This document shows positions 52,193-62,929 of a stretch of DNA of 64,000 bases, piece by piece. The DNA is from a virus. Position 1 is the first letter of the stretch, and the number at the start of each line of letters is the position of its first letter. The position numbers were made by a program, and so were the translations under genes. The notes under the pieces are model-generated. The model saw nothing but the letters and a program-made list of their open reading frames with translations. It made no database searches and was not told the origin of the DNA. The stretch is taken from positions 6,926-70,925 of IMG/VR virus record IMGVR_UViG_3300024999_000089. One strand, 5' to 3'.

Positions 52193-52717
52193 ATGTCAAA
52201 TATAATTAATCTTGATAAAATAGGAAATATATTATCAAGTATTGGAAATAAACTTATAGAAAATAAAACTTTAATGCGTTGTATTGCGTATAACACACCT
52301 AATGCATTATCATCTTCCCTACCAGATGTTACTATTGAAGAAATTATAAAACTTACAGGGAAAGGTATTAATCCTTCAAATAAACAAAAGATTTATAAAT
52401 GTCCTTTTAATAATAATATAATAGATGAAATTAGATCAGAAATTCGTTTTTTTATTCCTAAATTAAAACCAGAAAATCTTTATATTTCTAAAATTAATAT
52501 AGGTTTTGAGGTTATTACTTATAATACTTTGGTAGATTTAGAAGATAATAAACTTAGGTATTTAGTAATGATTCAAGAAATTTTAAATTCTTTAAATGGA
52601 TATGATTGTGGAGGAATTGGTTTGCTATATCTTACAGAAAATTCATCTATTAATATTGTTAATTATAATCATAAATTTTCTGGATATACTTTCTTTTTGT
52701 CTACTAGGGTAACATAA
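52193..52717 (+). CDS. Tail completion/terminator-like protein (putative)
   Basis: Position and size. Confidence 0.5.
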   Translation: MSNIINLDKIGNILSSIGNKLIENKTLMRCIAYNTPNALSSSLPDVTIEEIIKLTGKGINPSNKQKIYKCPFNNNIIDEIRSEIRFFIPKLKPENLYISKINIGFEVITYNTLVDLEDNKLRYLVMIQEILNSLNGYDCGGIGLLYLTENSSINIVNYNHKFSGYTFFLSTRVT

Positions 52718-52756
52718 TAAGGTAAATTTTATAGATTTATAATACAACATGGTTAG

Positions 52757-53680
52757 GTGATTTATATGGATATGAAACAATATGAAAAATATTTAGTTTA
52801 CAATGAACCAATACCTTATTTACCTTTAAGTATAGTAAAAAAATATGAAGATATAAAGTCTGAAGTATTAACATTATCTAATAAAATACATTTGTCTAAA
52901 GAAGAATCTGAACATTTGAATATTTTACAAGAAGAAATTAATAATCCATTGCATTTATTAATTCATCCTGTAAAAATGAATAATTATTTAGATTTCCATA
53001 TGGCAATACATTGTCTAACAATAAATAAAAATCAAATTCCTGATCCAAAAGTGATTTCAATGTCATATTTGGATTTTTTATTTTATACTTTTGACAAAGA
53101 TGAAAATGGACAATTTTATTTAATAATGTTACTTGAAATATTTAAATTATGTTTAAATATAGAATATAAACAAATTGAATATATTCAAGATGAAAAAGGT
53201 AAAATAAATTTTATTTTTAATTTAGATTGTGACGAAGAAAATAAAAAGGTAAAAATAGATAAAACAGATTTTGATAATATTAAAAATATAATATTATATC
53301 AAAATATACCTGACTATGATGATGCCTATATTGATCCTAAAATGGAAAAAGCATTAAAAGAAGCACAAGAATTTATGAATAAAAATAAAAAGAAAATGGC
53401 TTCTTTAGAAGACCAAATTATATGTGTCATGCTTGCTTTAAATGAAACAGATGAATCAAAAATACACAATCTTACTATTAGAAAGTTTGCTAAAATTCTA
53501 CAAAGGTATGATTATAAATTGCATTATGAAATATATAAACAAGCAGAATGTTCAGGTATGGTTACTTTTAAACAAGAAATTGATCATTGGATGAGTGATT
53601 TATCAGTTAAAGATAAATATGCTGATGTTAAGGTTGATTTTGAAGAATTTAAAAATAAAGTTAATGGTAAGAAATCTTAA
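52757..53680 (+). CDS. Tail-region protein
   Basis: ORF in the late operon before the tail tube gene. Confidence 0.6.
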   Translation: MIYMDMKQYEKYLVYNEPIPYLPLSIVKKYEDIKSEVLTLSNKIHLSKEESEHLNILQEEINNPLHLLIHPVKMNNYLDFHMAIHCLTINKNQIPDPKVISMSYLDFLFYTFDKDENGQFYLIMLLEIFKLCLNIEYKQIEYIQDEKGKINFIFNLDCDEENKKVKIDKTDFDNIKNIILYQNIPDYDDAYIDPKMEKALKEAQEFMNKNKKKMASLEDQIICVMLALNETDESKIHNLTIRKFAKILQRYDYKLHYEIYKQAECSGMVTFKQEIDHWMSDLSVKDKYADVKVDFEEFKNKVNGKKS

Positions 53681-53701
53681 TATAAAAGGAGGCAATATTT
53701 A

Positions 53702-54760
53702 ATGTCTAAAAAATTTTTAGTTGGTGTTGGTGCAGTTTCGGCTTTTAATATTTCGACAGGTGATCTCTTATTTCGCAGCCGTACAGTATTGGATGATTCA
53801 ATAGAAATTACAACTGGAAGTGAAGAAATTAGTGGTGGTACTGGTAATGCCCTACAATACATATATTACCATTCAGGTAGATTAAATGCAAAATTAACAG
53901 AAATACAATTCTCTTTAAATATGATTGCCCAAAACGTAGGTTCTTCTATTTTAACTGGAAAAAATATATGGGTGGAAGAAAATGTAACTTTAGGTGCAGG
54001 TGGTGTAGGTACTGTAGTTGGTACGCCTATTTTAACTCCAGACGTTAGTGGATCTGATGTTTTTGGTTATGTTACAAATGCTTCTGGTATTACAACTAAA
54101 GTTACTTTTAGCACAAAAGAATTTACACTTGTAGGTGGTGCGGAAGATGATATTGTATGTGTACAATATTTTGCTACTGATTCTGCTGCAAGATATATTA
54201 CTGTAAACTCTAATTTCTTACCTTCTGTTGTTAGATTAGTAATTGATACACAACTTGCTAGTTCAGATGAATCGTCTGCTGCTGGTTCTAGTATTATTGG
54301 TAAGGTACAGATGGAAATTCCTAGATTCCAAATTGCAGGTAGTCAATCAATATCTATGACATCTTCAGGTGTTGCACAAACTCCATTAGAAGGTATGGCT
54401 TTAAGTTATGCTGGAACTGGTGGATGTAATGGTTCTGGACATTATGCTACAATTACCGAAGTTATTGATGCAAATAACTGGTATGATAATGTTGCATTTT
54501 TAGCTGTAGCAGATGATACTATTGCACTTACACATCCTACTACTTCTACTTTACAAGTTTGGGCAGTTCCAAATAATGGAGATGCAGCTTTTAAAGCACC
54601 TGTTGCAGACCTTAGTTTTACCTCTGGAACTGTTGGTACTTGCACTGTTGGATTACATACTGGAATTATAACTACAGTAGCAGGTGGAACTTCTGTAATT
54701 ACATGTGTGATTACAGCGAAAAATACTGTAGGGACAACTGCAACATGTACTGTAAGTTAA
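53702..54760 (+). CDS. Major tail tube protein with a C-terminal Ig-like domain
   Basis: EEISGGTGN motif, G/T/V-rich, ends GTTATCTVS; strong RBS. Confidence 0.75.
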   Translation: MSKKFLVGVGAVSAFNISTGDLLFRSRTVLDDSIEITTGSEEISGGTGNALQYIYYHSGRLNAKLTEIQFSLNMIAQNVGSSILTGKNIWVEENVTLGAGGVGTVVGTPILTPDVSGSDVFGYVTNASGITTKVTFSTKEFTLVGGAEDDIVCVQYFATDSAARYITVNSNFLPSVVRLVIDTQLASSDESSAAGSSIIGKVQMEIPRFQIAGSQSISMTSSGVAQTPLEGMALSYAGTGGCNGSGHYATITEVIDANNWYDNVAFLAVADDTIALTHPTTSTLQVWAVPNNGDAAFKAPVADLSFTSGTVGTCTVGLHTGIITTVAGGTSVITCVITAKNTVGTTATCTVS

Positions 54761-54778
54761 ATAGATTATTAATATAAT

Positions 54779-54890
54779 AATGGTTAATATTTAAGGTTGC
54801 AAACTTAAATATTGTAATTAATAGACATATGCCTATACATATGTCTATTCCCATTTGTATCTCTTATATAGGAAGGAGAATGATTAAATA
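54779..54890 (+). ncRNA. Structured leader, copy D
   Basis: P1 AATGG/CCATT, 10-bp P2, 12-bp P3 with loop CCTATA; TATAGG at 54867 abuts the AAGGAG RBS. Confidence 0.65.
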
Positions 54891-55880
54891 ATGGGATTGA
54901 TAACTAAAGAAGTTGAAGTATCAATAACAAATAATACTCAAAAATATTATAAAGATTTAAACTATGATATAGATTCTTTAAAGGTAAAAAATAAATATTA
55001 TAAATATACAATGCCAAAAGGAACTACTATTATTGTTAAAATTGAAGATTTACCAAAAGGAAGTAACGTGTATGTTACCATAGAATGTGATTATTGTGGA
55101 AAGATATATGAAAAACAATATTATGATTATAATAAAAATTTAGATAATTCTTATATTAAAAAATGTTCTTGTGATAAATGTAAGATGATCAAAACTCAAG
55201 ATACTATGATTTTATTATATGGTAAAAGTAGTCCATTACAAGTAGATGAAATAAAAGAAAGGCAACAATCTACTAATGTTTTAAAATATGGTGGTAAATC
55301 ACCTGCAAATAGTATTATTACTCTTAATAAAATGAAAATTACTAATTTTGATAAATTTGGTGTATTTAATGCTATGCAAAATCCTGAAATAAGTAAAAAA
55401 TCTAGAATTAATGCTAATATTTCTTTATCAAAAAATCATAATGTTAATACTTCAAATCAACAAATATATTTACATAATTTATTAGGTGGAGAATTGAATT
55501 TCCCAGTTAAGCAATATATAGGAGATATTTTAATTAATAATAATATTATGATAGAATACGATGGTGGAGGACATGATTTACAAGTTAAATTAAATAAAAT
55601 AACAGAAAAAGAATTTTTATTAAAAGAAATAAAAAAATATTATGTTTATAAAAATAATGGTTATGTTTTATTTAGAATAAAATCATTAAAAGATTTTCTT
55701 CCATCAGATGATAAAATAATAGAAATTATTAAATATGGAAAAGAAATAATTAATTCTGGACGTTCTTGGATTGAATTTAATATTGATGAATCAAAAGTAA
55801 AATGTTCAAAATTTGAAGAATACTATGATTTTGGTGAGTTGAGAAAAATAAAATTAAAAGATATAAATATATCATCATGA
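54891..55880 (+). CDS. Zinc-ribbon PD-(D/E)xK free-standing endonuclease, apparently intact
   Basis: CDYC...CDKC, K(Y/F)G repeats, SNQQ, DILINNNIMIEYDGGGH. Confidence 0.75.
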   Translation: MGLITKEVEVSITNNTQKYYKDLNYDIDSLKVKNKYYKYTMPKGTTIIVKIEDLPKGSNVYVTIECDYCGKIYEKQYYDYNKNLDNSYIKKCSCDKCKMIKTQDTMILLYGKSSPLQVDEIKERQQSTNVLKYGGKSPANSIITLNKMKITNFDKFGVFNAMQNPEISKKSRINANISLSKNHNVNTSNQQIYLHNLLGGELNFPVKQYIGDILINNNIMIEYDGGGHDLQVKLNKITEKEFLLKEIKKYYVYKNNGYVLFRIKSLKDFLPSDDKIIEIIKYGKEIINSGRSWIEFNIDESKVKCSKFEEYYDFGELRKIKLKDINISS

Positions 55881-56299
55881 TAAATAAAATTAACTTATGT
55901 GAGAATGGGATACATTTAACTGATGGTGTATCCCATTCTCTAAAATGTAAAATAATTAATGACAATTGTACATTTATTAGATGGTGTATAAATGACAATT
56001 GTATAAAAATGACTCCTCTAGCTAATAAATGTAAACTTCGAGGTGAAATAATGAAAGAAAAAGAAATTGTAGAAGTTAAAGAAGAAATAGATTTTAAAAA
56101 GAATATCAAAAATAGTATTAAAGAAGAAATTTGTAAAGTTTGTTTTATTAAAGGTAATAAACTTGTATTAGATTTTAAAGGATATGGTATAGAAATTATT
56201 TTGGATGATAATTTTGATAAATCTAAGATAAAAAACAATATTAATGTTAAATATAAATCTGATATTGGTAAACCTGATTTTGAAATTGTTTCATATTAA
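55877..56299 (+). CDS. Hypothetical protein with a Cys-rich N-terminus
   Basis: ORF overlapping the upstream stop. Confidence 0.6.
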   Translation: MINKINLCENGIHLTDGVSHSLKCKIINDNCTFIRWCINDNCIKMTPLANKCKLRGEIMKEKEIVEVKEEIDFKKNIKNSIKEEICKVCFIKGNKLVLDFKGYGIEIILDDNFDKSKIKNNINVKYKSDIGKPDFEIVSY

Positions 56300-56311
56300 A
56301 AAAAATAAACC

Positions 56312-56340
56312 TTGACAGATTGTAAATATAATTGTATAAT
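56312..56340 (+). promoter_or_regulatory. Consensus sigmaA promoter with the ATTGTAAATATAAT motif in its spacer
   Basis: TTGACA-N17-TATAAT; predicted +1 coincides with the 5' arm of leader copy C. Confidence 0.85.
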
Positions 56341-56343
56341 ACG

Positions 56344-56436
56344 AATAGGGATAGATAGGAGTCATGATCCTATTGATAAGAGCCTCACCTCTTCCCTATT
56401 TATAATTTTTGTGAGGGAAAAAGTGAGGTAATAAAT
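56344..56436 (+). ncRNA. Structured leader, copy C
   Basis: P1 AATAGGGA/TCCCTATT, P2 ATAGGA/TCCTAT, TGATAA junction, P3 GAG/CTC with loop CCTCAC; GTGAGG at 56411 and 56423. Confidence 0.75.
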
Positions 56437-58910
56437 ATGTTAATAACTAAAGAATTATATGTAAAATGGAATCCAACGACTAGAAAATACTATGAAGATT
56501 TAGGACATGTATATACTAAACATAACAATGAATTTTTAATCCCTATAGAACATTTACATCATGGTTCAAACACAGACATAGAATTTCAATGTGACGAATG
56601 TGGTGAAATTGAAACTAGAATATATCGAGATTATGTTTTATTAAAAACTAAATATAATAAAGATATATGTGGTATATGTCTTAATAAGTTAAATATGAAA
56701 AATAGAAGTTTAAAAGCAAAAACAAAAGAAGATTTTGGATATTATGCTAATCATGAAAATAGAAAATATGAATTAGATAAATATTTAAAAAAGTATAATG
56801 AATTATCAAATATGATTAATAATACAGAAGGAAAAAGATTGTATGATAACTTTCATAGTCATAAAGATGATATTTATGATACTGCAATAGAATTAGGTTA
56901 TAAAATAGAAGATATTTGTAAATCATTGCCTAAAATTATTATATCAAATATCCTGAAATATTAAAAGAAAAAATATTAATATTCATAGAAGAAAATAAAA
57001 GATTTCCTAAAAGTAAAGAAATAGAAAAGATATTAAATGTAAGTAATAAGTTTATTAGTAACTTTGGTGGTATTAATGAATTTAAAAAATTATTAGGATA
57101 TGATGATAGTAAAGATTTAATAGATCTTCGTGGAGATTATAACAAATCTTTAGGAGAGTTGATTTGTGCAAATTATTTTTGTTCCCAAGGATTAAATGAC
57201 AAATATAAAAGAGAACAATATCCATTCAACAAAGAAAATAGATATTTTAGGTCTGATTTTACTTTTTACTTAGAAAATAATAAAGAATTACATATTGAAG
57301 TATGGGGATTTAAAAAGTCAGAAATTAGTTCTGAAAGAGCAAAAGAATATCATAAAGTAAGAAGTATAAAAGAAAATTTATACCAAAAATATTCAAATGA
57401 TATTATATTAATTGGTATTGATTATGAGATATTTGACTTAAAATATGATGAAATACAAAAATATTTATATAGTTTAATTTCACCATACATTAATTTAAAA
57501 TTTAAAGATGTATCATACAAAAAGTTACTATCTCCATCCCTTATTAGTGATGATGAAATATTTAATGGTATTATGGAAATTAGTTCTGATGGAAAAACAT
57601 TCCCTACAACAATTGAATTATGTTCATATAATTCTTGTTTATATAGTCAAATATTAAAACGTGGTTACAGTTATAATGAATTTGCTAATAAATATAGTGT
57701 TAAAACAAAATTAGATAAAAAAGAATGGACTAAGAAATTAGTATTTGGACATTTTAGTAATATTTTAAACGAAGGAAAAGTTATTAATAAAAAATCATTA
57801 AATGAAGAATATAGTGGTTTATCTGAAGCAACAGAAAAATTTGGATACATGACAAAATTAAAATTAGAATATTTTATAAAATTAAATGAAATACCTAATC
57901 AGGAATTAGATTGGGTGATTAATTTAGCAAATAATACAACAAAAACAACATCAAATTTTTCTAAAACAGAAGTAAATAATGCAAAAAAGTTATTAGATAA
58001 ATTATATATTAATGTAGAAAATAATATTTGTTGTAAAACTTGTGGTAAGGAATTTACTCAATATCATATTTATGAATTGCATTGTCAAGAATGTATTTCA
58101 AATTCTAACGGGAAATCAAAATATGCAAAACCATTATATACTGAAACTGAATACAATAATAATTTTATTATTAAAGCAATAAAACCATATTTATTAACTA
58201 GTAAAGGATTTAATAGTGTATCTGATATTAAAATACAATCTTATAGAAATTATTTTAATATGAAATGGATAGATATTATAAAGAAATATAATAGATTTGA
58301 TGATTTATATGGTTATATTATTGATGAATTTAAAAATTATTGCAAGATAGATACTAAAAATAAAGACATACATAGGTTTGCAAATAATCATGATTATATA
58401 ACTTATGATATTCTTACTGGAATAGGATTAGATAAAATTTATAGAGATATGGGAATAGTTAAACAAAGGTATACAGAAGAAGATTATAAAATTAATTTCT
58501 TAAATATAGTTGAAAATCTTGGGTATATACCAATGTACAAAGAATTTATTGATAATACTAAAATAAATATTGTTTCTTATTCTAATAAATTTAACATACA
58601 TAAAAATATATATGATGAGATTGTTAAAATGTATTCTTCTGAAAGTGATTATGAAGATTATATGAAACGTAAAAAAGAACATAAATCAAATATTGGTAAA
58701 GAAACTGGTAAATTAAGTTTAATTTATAGTGATAATGATTTAAAAAGTAATTTTATTAATACAAATGATACATATTTTAAAGAACATAATAAATATCCAT
58801 CAAGGAGAGAATTTGATAAGTTAAATAAACCAGATAGTAGTGTTTATAGGAAAAGATATAAAAAATCATGGAGTGAAATTTGTGAAATGTATGGTTATTG
58901 TAGTAGTTAA
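56437..58910 (+). pseudogene. Large multidomain endonuclease split by a frameshift near 56930
   Basis: N-terminus similar to the 54891 protein; a -1 shift at CCTAAAATTATT joins it to an open frame running into 57159 (..DYNKSLGELICANYF..SDFTF..IEVWG). Confidence 0.75.
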
Positions 58911-59142
58911 TTAATCAATAAAAACAAATAGGGAATTTAGAGAATAATACCTCTCCCCTATTCTATAAATTATTATATTCTAAAAATATCTAACAAATAT
59001 CAACACAAAACCAAACTTTCATCACAATATCCGATCCCACAAACCCTTAATTTATAAGGGTTTTTATTTTTGCTAAATTTAATAAAAAACAAAACAAACC
59101 CTAAATTCTCAAAAATCCAAAAAAAGAAGGTGAACACTAAAC

Positions 59143-61224
59143 ATGTCAATAAAAAGCACATCTCACTATAAACATCTACAGCATTATAATATCACATCTA
59201 TTAATGATTTCCCTACTAACGCAGATATGAATGATAAATGTCGTTTATTTAAAGAAGATGACACTGTAGAAGAATATATTTGGAATGGTACTAAATGGAT
59301 ACCTGATACTCCCCTCCCAGTATCTCTAGCAGATGACCAATTAAACATATCAATAAACGCAGAACAAATAGAATTAAATACTGATGAACTTGAAACTTTG
59401 TTAACTAATATTAACACTGTATCTGGAATTAAGAAAATTGTTGATCCATTGCCTATTGGTGATAACAATATAGGAAATGTCGATGTATTAACATTACCTA
59501 GTATTCCAGATGGTACTAATTTAATTGGTGCAGTAATTCCATTAGGTGATAAACCAAATATTATTAGATGGATAGATGAAAATTTACAAATTGGTGATTT
59601 ACTTTTAGCAAATGCTACATATACACAATCAATGATAGATAGACCGTCACAAGATATTCCGTCAGGGTACACTAGAATTTGGATTACCACAGATCAATCA
59701 GGTGTTCTTAATTTAGAAGAATCACATAATGGTACAAACTGGACTACTACTTCAACAATTAATGTAAGTGCTGGAGTATCAGCAATAATGACATGGGTGA
59801 AATTAACACGTAGATATGTAAGAGTAAGATATGTAAATGGTAATGTAGATCAAGGTAATTTTATACTTTTACAATATTTTATGGGTGTTGGTATTGCTCC
59901 TATTAGATCAGAAGATGGAGATTTAGTTACTATAGGTACAAAAAATGATACTGCCGTAATTGATCCTACTGCTTCTTCTACATTAATGGCTGGTATAAAA
60001 GGATTATTAAAGCAAATTCAAGGAAATGGAACAGGTGCTTTACCTATAAGTAATACTAATTTAGATATTCAATTATCTGCATTAAGAGATGCCTTAAGAG
60101 GAGAAGATTCTAAAACATTATCTGACATAATCACTCAATTATCAGATGTTACTATAACATCAACAGTTGATTCTCCTAATTTAGATTTGTCAATTACAGA
60201 TTTAAGAGATGCATTAACAAAAACAGATGGAACTTCTAAAACTTTAGCAGATATATTTACAGCATTATCAAATGTGACTGTTGTTGATTCTGCAAATCCA
60301 AGTAATCTTGATATTGCTTTATCTGCATTATTAGATGGTATAACAAAAACAGGCGTAGATAGCAAAACACTTGCAGATATTGTCACTGCTTTATCTTCTG
60401 TAACTATTACTAATTCTGCATTGCCATCTAACGCATCAACAGAATCAACACTTGCATCAATTTTAAATAAAATTATATCTAGTCCTTCTACAGAAACGAA
60501 ACAAGATACTATTATTGGCTATATTGATGGAATTGAAACAGCGTTAACTACTTTATTAGCAAAAGATTTTGCTACTCAAACGACATTAGCAGAGATACTA
60601 GCAAAACTAATATCTAGTCCTTCTACTTCTGCAAATCAAGATATTATGATAGGACATGTAGACGGAATTGAAACAGCATTAGATACTTTAAACGGTAAAG
60701 ATTTTGCAACACAAACTACCTTAGCTTCAATTCTAGCAAAAATCATTGCTACTCCATCTACAGAAGCCAAACAAGATGATATTGTAACAAGTTTAACTAC
60801 TATACAAACAAAATTAGATGATTTAAAAACTGAGATTGATAAAATAAAAGATTCAGATGGTATAAAGAAAATTGCTGATGGAATAGTGAATAAAAATTCA
60901 AGTGGGACAGAAATATTCACTGATGCTAACGCTGGAAGTGTCAAACTAACTGGTAGTATAAATGGGAAAGGTGCGTTAGCAACTGTAACTACAGCAGGGA
61001 CAAGAGTACAGTTACCTTCTTTTGCTTGTAGAGAAGTAACTATAACTGCTAAACGTACAAATACTGGTTATATTTACGCTAGTCCCGACAATCTTGTTTC
61101 TTCAACTGTTTATGGTATTGAATTAGCAACAAAAGATAGTTTTACTTTTAATGTGGCAAACGCTAATCAAATATGGATTGATGCCTCTGTGAGTGGGGAG
61201 GGGATTAGTTATGTCGCGGTTTAA
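59143..61224 (+). CDS. Fibre-like virion protein with internal repeats
   Basis: Repeats TLxDIxTxLSxVT (x3), DFATQTTLAxILAK (x2), IGxxDGIETAL (x2); beta-rich terminal domains. Confidence 0.6.
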   Translation: MSIKSTSHYKHLQHYNITSINDFPTNADMNDKCRLFKEDDTVEEYIWNGTKWIPDTPLPVSLADDQLNISINAEQIELNTDELETLLTNINTVSGIKKIVDPLPIGDNNIGNVDVLTLPSIPDGTNLIGAVIPLGDKPNIIRWIDENLQIGDLLLANATYTQSMIDRPSQDIPSGYTRIWITTDQSGVLNLEESHNGTNWTTTSTINVSAGVSAIMTWVKLTRRYVRVRYVNGNVDQGNFILLQYFMGVGIAPIRSEDGDLVTIGTKNDTAVIDPTASSTLMAGIKGLLKQIQGNGTGALPISNTNLDIQLSALRDALRGEDSKTLSDIITQLSDVTITSTVDSPNLDLSITDLRDALTKTDGTSKTLADIFTALSNVTVVDSANPSNLDIALSALLDGITKTGVDSKTLADIVTALSSVTITNSALPSNASTESTLASILNKIISSPSTETKQDTIIGYIDGIETALTTLLAKDFATQTTLAEILAKLISSPSTSANQDIMIGHVDGIETALDTLNGKDFATQTTLASILAKIIATPSTEAKQDDIVTSLTTIQTKLDDLKTEIDKIKDSDGIKKIADGIVNKNSSGTEIFTDANAGSVKLTGSINGKGALATVTTAGTRVQLPSFACREVTITAKRTNTGYIYASPDNLVSSTVYGIELATKDSFTFNVANANQIWIDASVSGEGISYVAV

Positions 61225-62929
61225 TCCATCATTTAATGCTAAATTTGCAGAAATTGATAATTTTAAAAAGTTCAATGCCATAAATCCTATAACTAATAGT
61301 GATATAAGCAATAATACTGTTGGTTGGGTTGGTACATCTAGTAGTTTAATATCGTCTATAAATAATGAATTGATATTTTTAGCTACTGCACAAAATGGCA
61401 GATATAGTAGTCCTACAGTCCCAGTAACAACAGGTCATAAATATTATTTTTTCGCAAATGTAAAAAGTACGTCTCCCTTAGTACAAGTATCACTTTCTGG
61501 ATTAGAAGTAAAATACCATACAGGAAGTGGTAATTATGAATACCTTTACGGCATTATTACTGCTGGTGGAACAACTAACTATCGGGTAACTACACAAGAT
61601 ACAAGAACGGATGGTTGGGATAATGTTTCTGTTAAATATATTGGGTGCATAGATTTAACTGTTTTATTTGGTGTTGGAAATGAAATACCTATGTATCAAA
61701 TGTATTTGCTTATGTCTAATTATCCTAATGGATGGTTTAATGGTACAATAACTGATTTTATTTCTCATAAAAATATGTTTTTATATTTTCAAAAATATCA
61801 AACATATCCAGTTGACGGAGAGGATATTACAGAATATATACAGAACATTCTCAACCAAACAAATACTTTTGTGCTACAACGAAAAGGTATTTATTATATA
61901 AACAATACTATTAAAATACCAAGTAACTCATCTCTTAAATTTGGGAGTAATACGAGATTAAAAATGAAACCGTCTGTAAATAAACCAATGTTTGAAAATA
62001 GCGACCCAATAAATGGCAATATAAATATATCTATAGATGGCGGTATTTTTGATGGTAGTAATGAAAGTAACACGTATGAATATGCTTTGCTATACGGTAT
62101 ATTTAGATTTGCTGGAATAACCTGTTTTACTTTTAAAAACCTAACTTTAAGAAATCCGGTTACATTTGGAACTCAATTTTGTAGATTGACTAATTTCTTA
62201 ATTGAGAATATAACATATGACTACAATCTTAATAATCTCAATATGGACGGTGTTCATTTACACGGTAAATGTTATAACGGTAGAATAATTAATTTACAAG
62301 GAAATACCAACGACGATTTAGTAGCATTAAATGCTGATGACCAAATATTTAGAATGAGCAATGCAAGTTTTGCTACTCAAATGGAAAATGGCGATATGGA
62401 TAATATATTCGTAGATGGTATATATTCCGATAATGGATATAGAGGTGTTAGGATATTAAGCATTTCTGCTAGAATTGATAATATAAAAATACAAAACATA
62501 CGTGGTATTTTCAATAAAGATACTGTTTTAATGGGAAGAATTGCGGTGGATGGAATGAGTGGTGATGGTAATATGGGTTCTATTGAGTTATCTAATATTT
62601 CATCTATTACAAAGCAAGCAGACAAAACAACTATCCATATTGACGGGAATTGTGAATATCTAAAAATATCGGATTTATCTATTGATTACTCTGATATAGT
62701 AACAGATTCAACGGCTGTAGTAAAAGTCTTTTCTGGATATTCTGTTAATCACTTAAATATAAACAATATGTATTTAAAAAATACCGCAGGAAATACTATT
62801 GTTCCTTTAGTCGTTGACGGTACTGTTGGAAATTTAATTTTTGATAATTTTATTTCTGATACAGTACAGGACATAACTGTAAATGGAACTGTAACAAATT
62901 TTAGGTCTAATTCATTTACTTTAGAGTAG
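61211..62929 (+). CDS. Carbohydrate-binding module plus pectin-lyase-like beta-helix protein (candidate depolymerase/tailspike)
   Basis: DITEYIQNILN...KGIYYIN, NISIDGGIFDG, NMDGVH, TNDDLVAL resembling GH28-type catalytic motifs; start probably MSRFNP. Confidence 0.7.
   Translation: MSRFNPSFNAKFAEIDNFKKFNAINPITNSDISNNTVGWVGTSSSLISSINNELIFLATAQNGRYSSPTVPVTTGHKYYFFANVKSTSPLVQVSLSGLEVKYHTGSGNYEYLYGIITAGGTTNYRVTTQDTRTDGWDNVSVKYIGCIDLTVLFGVGNEIPMYQMYLLMSNYPNGWFNGTITDFISHKNMFLYFQKYQTYPVDGEDITEYIQNILNQTNTFVLQRKGIYYINNTIKIPSNSSLKFGSNTRLKMKPSVNKPMFENSDPINGNINISIDGGIFDGSNESNTYEYALLYGIFRFAGITCFTFKNLTLRNPVTFGTQFCRLTNFLIENITYDYNLNNLNMDGVHLHGKCYNGRIINLQGNTNDDLVALNADDQIFRMSNASFATQMENGDMDNIFVDGIYSDNGYRGVRILSISARIDNIKIQNIRGIFNKDTVLMGRIAVDGMSGDGNMGSIELSNISSITKQADKTTIHIDGNCEYLKISDLSIDYSDIVTDSTAVVKVFSGYSVNHLNINNMYLKNTAGNTIVPLVVDGTVGNLIFDNFISDTVQDITVNGTVTNFRSNSFTLE

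Noticed and set aside
6523-62625. Short antisense ORFs inside longer genes (for example 6523, 7496, 15263, 15762, 17140, 24377, 28009, 35500, 45364, 50172, 55777, 59184)
   Set aside because: Shadow frames of well-supported genes on the opposite strand, without RBS or motifs
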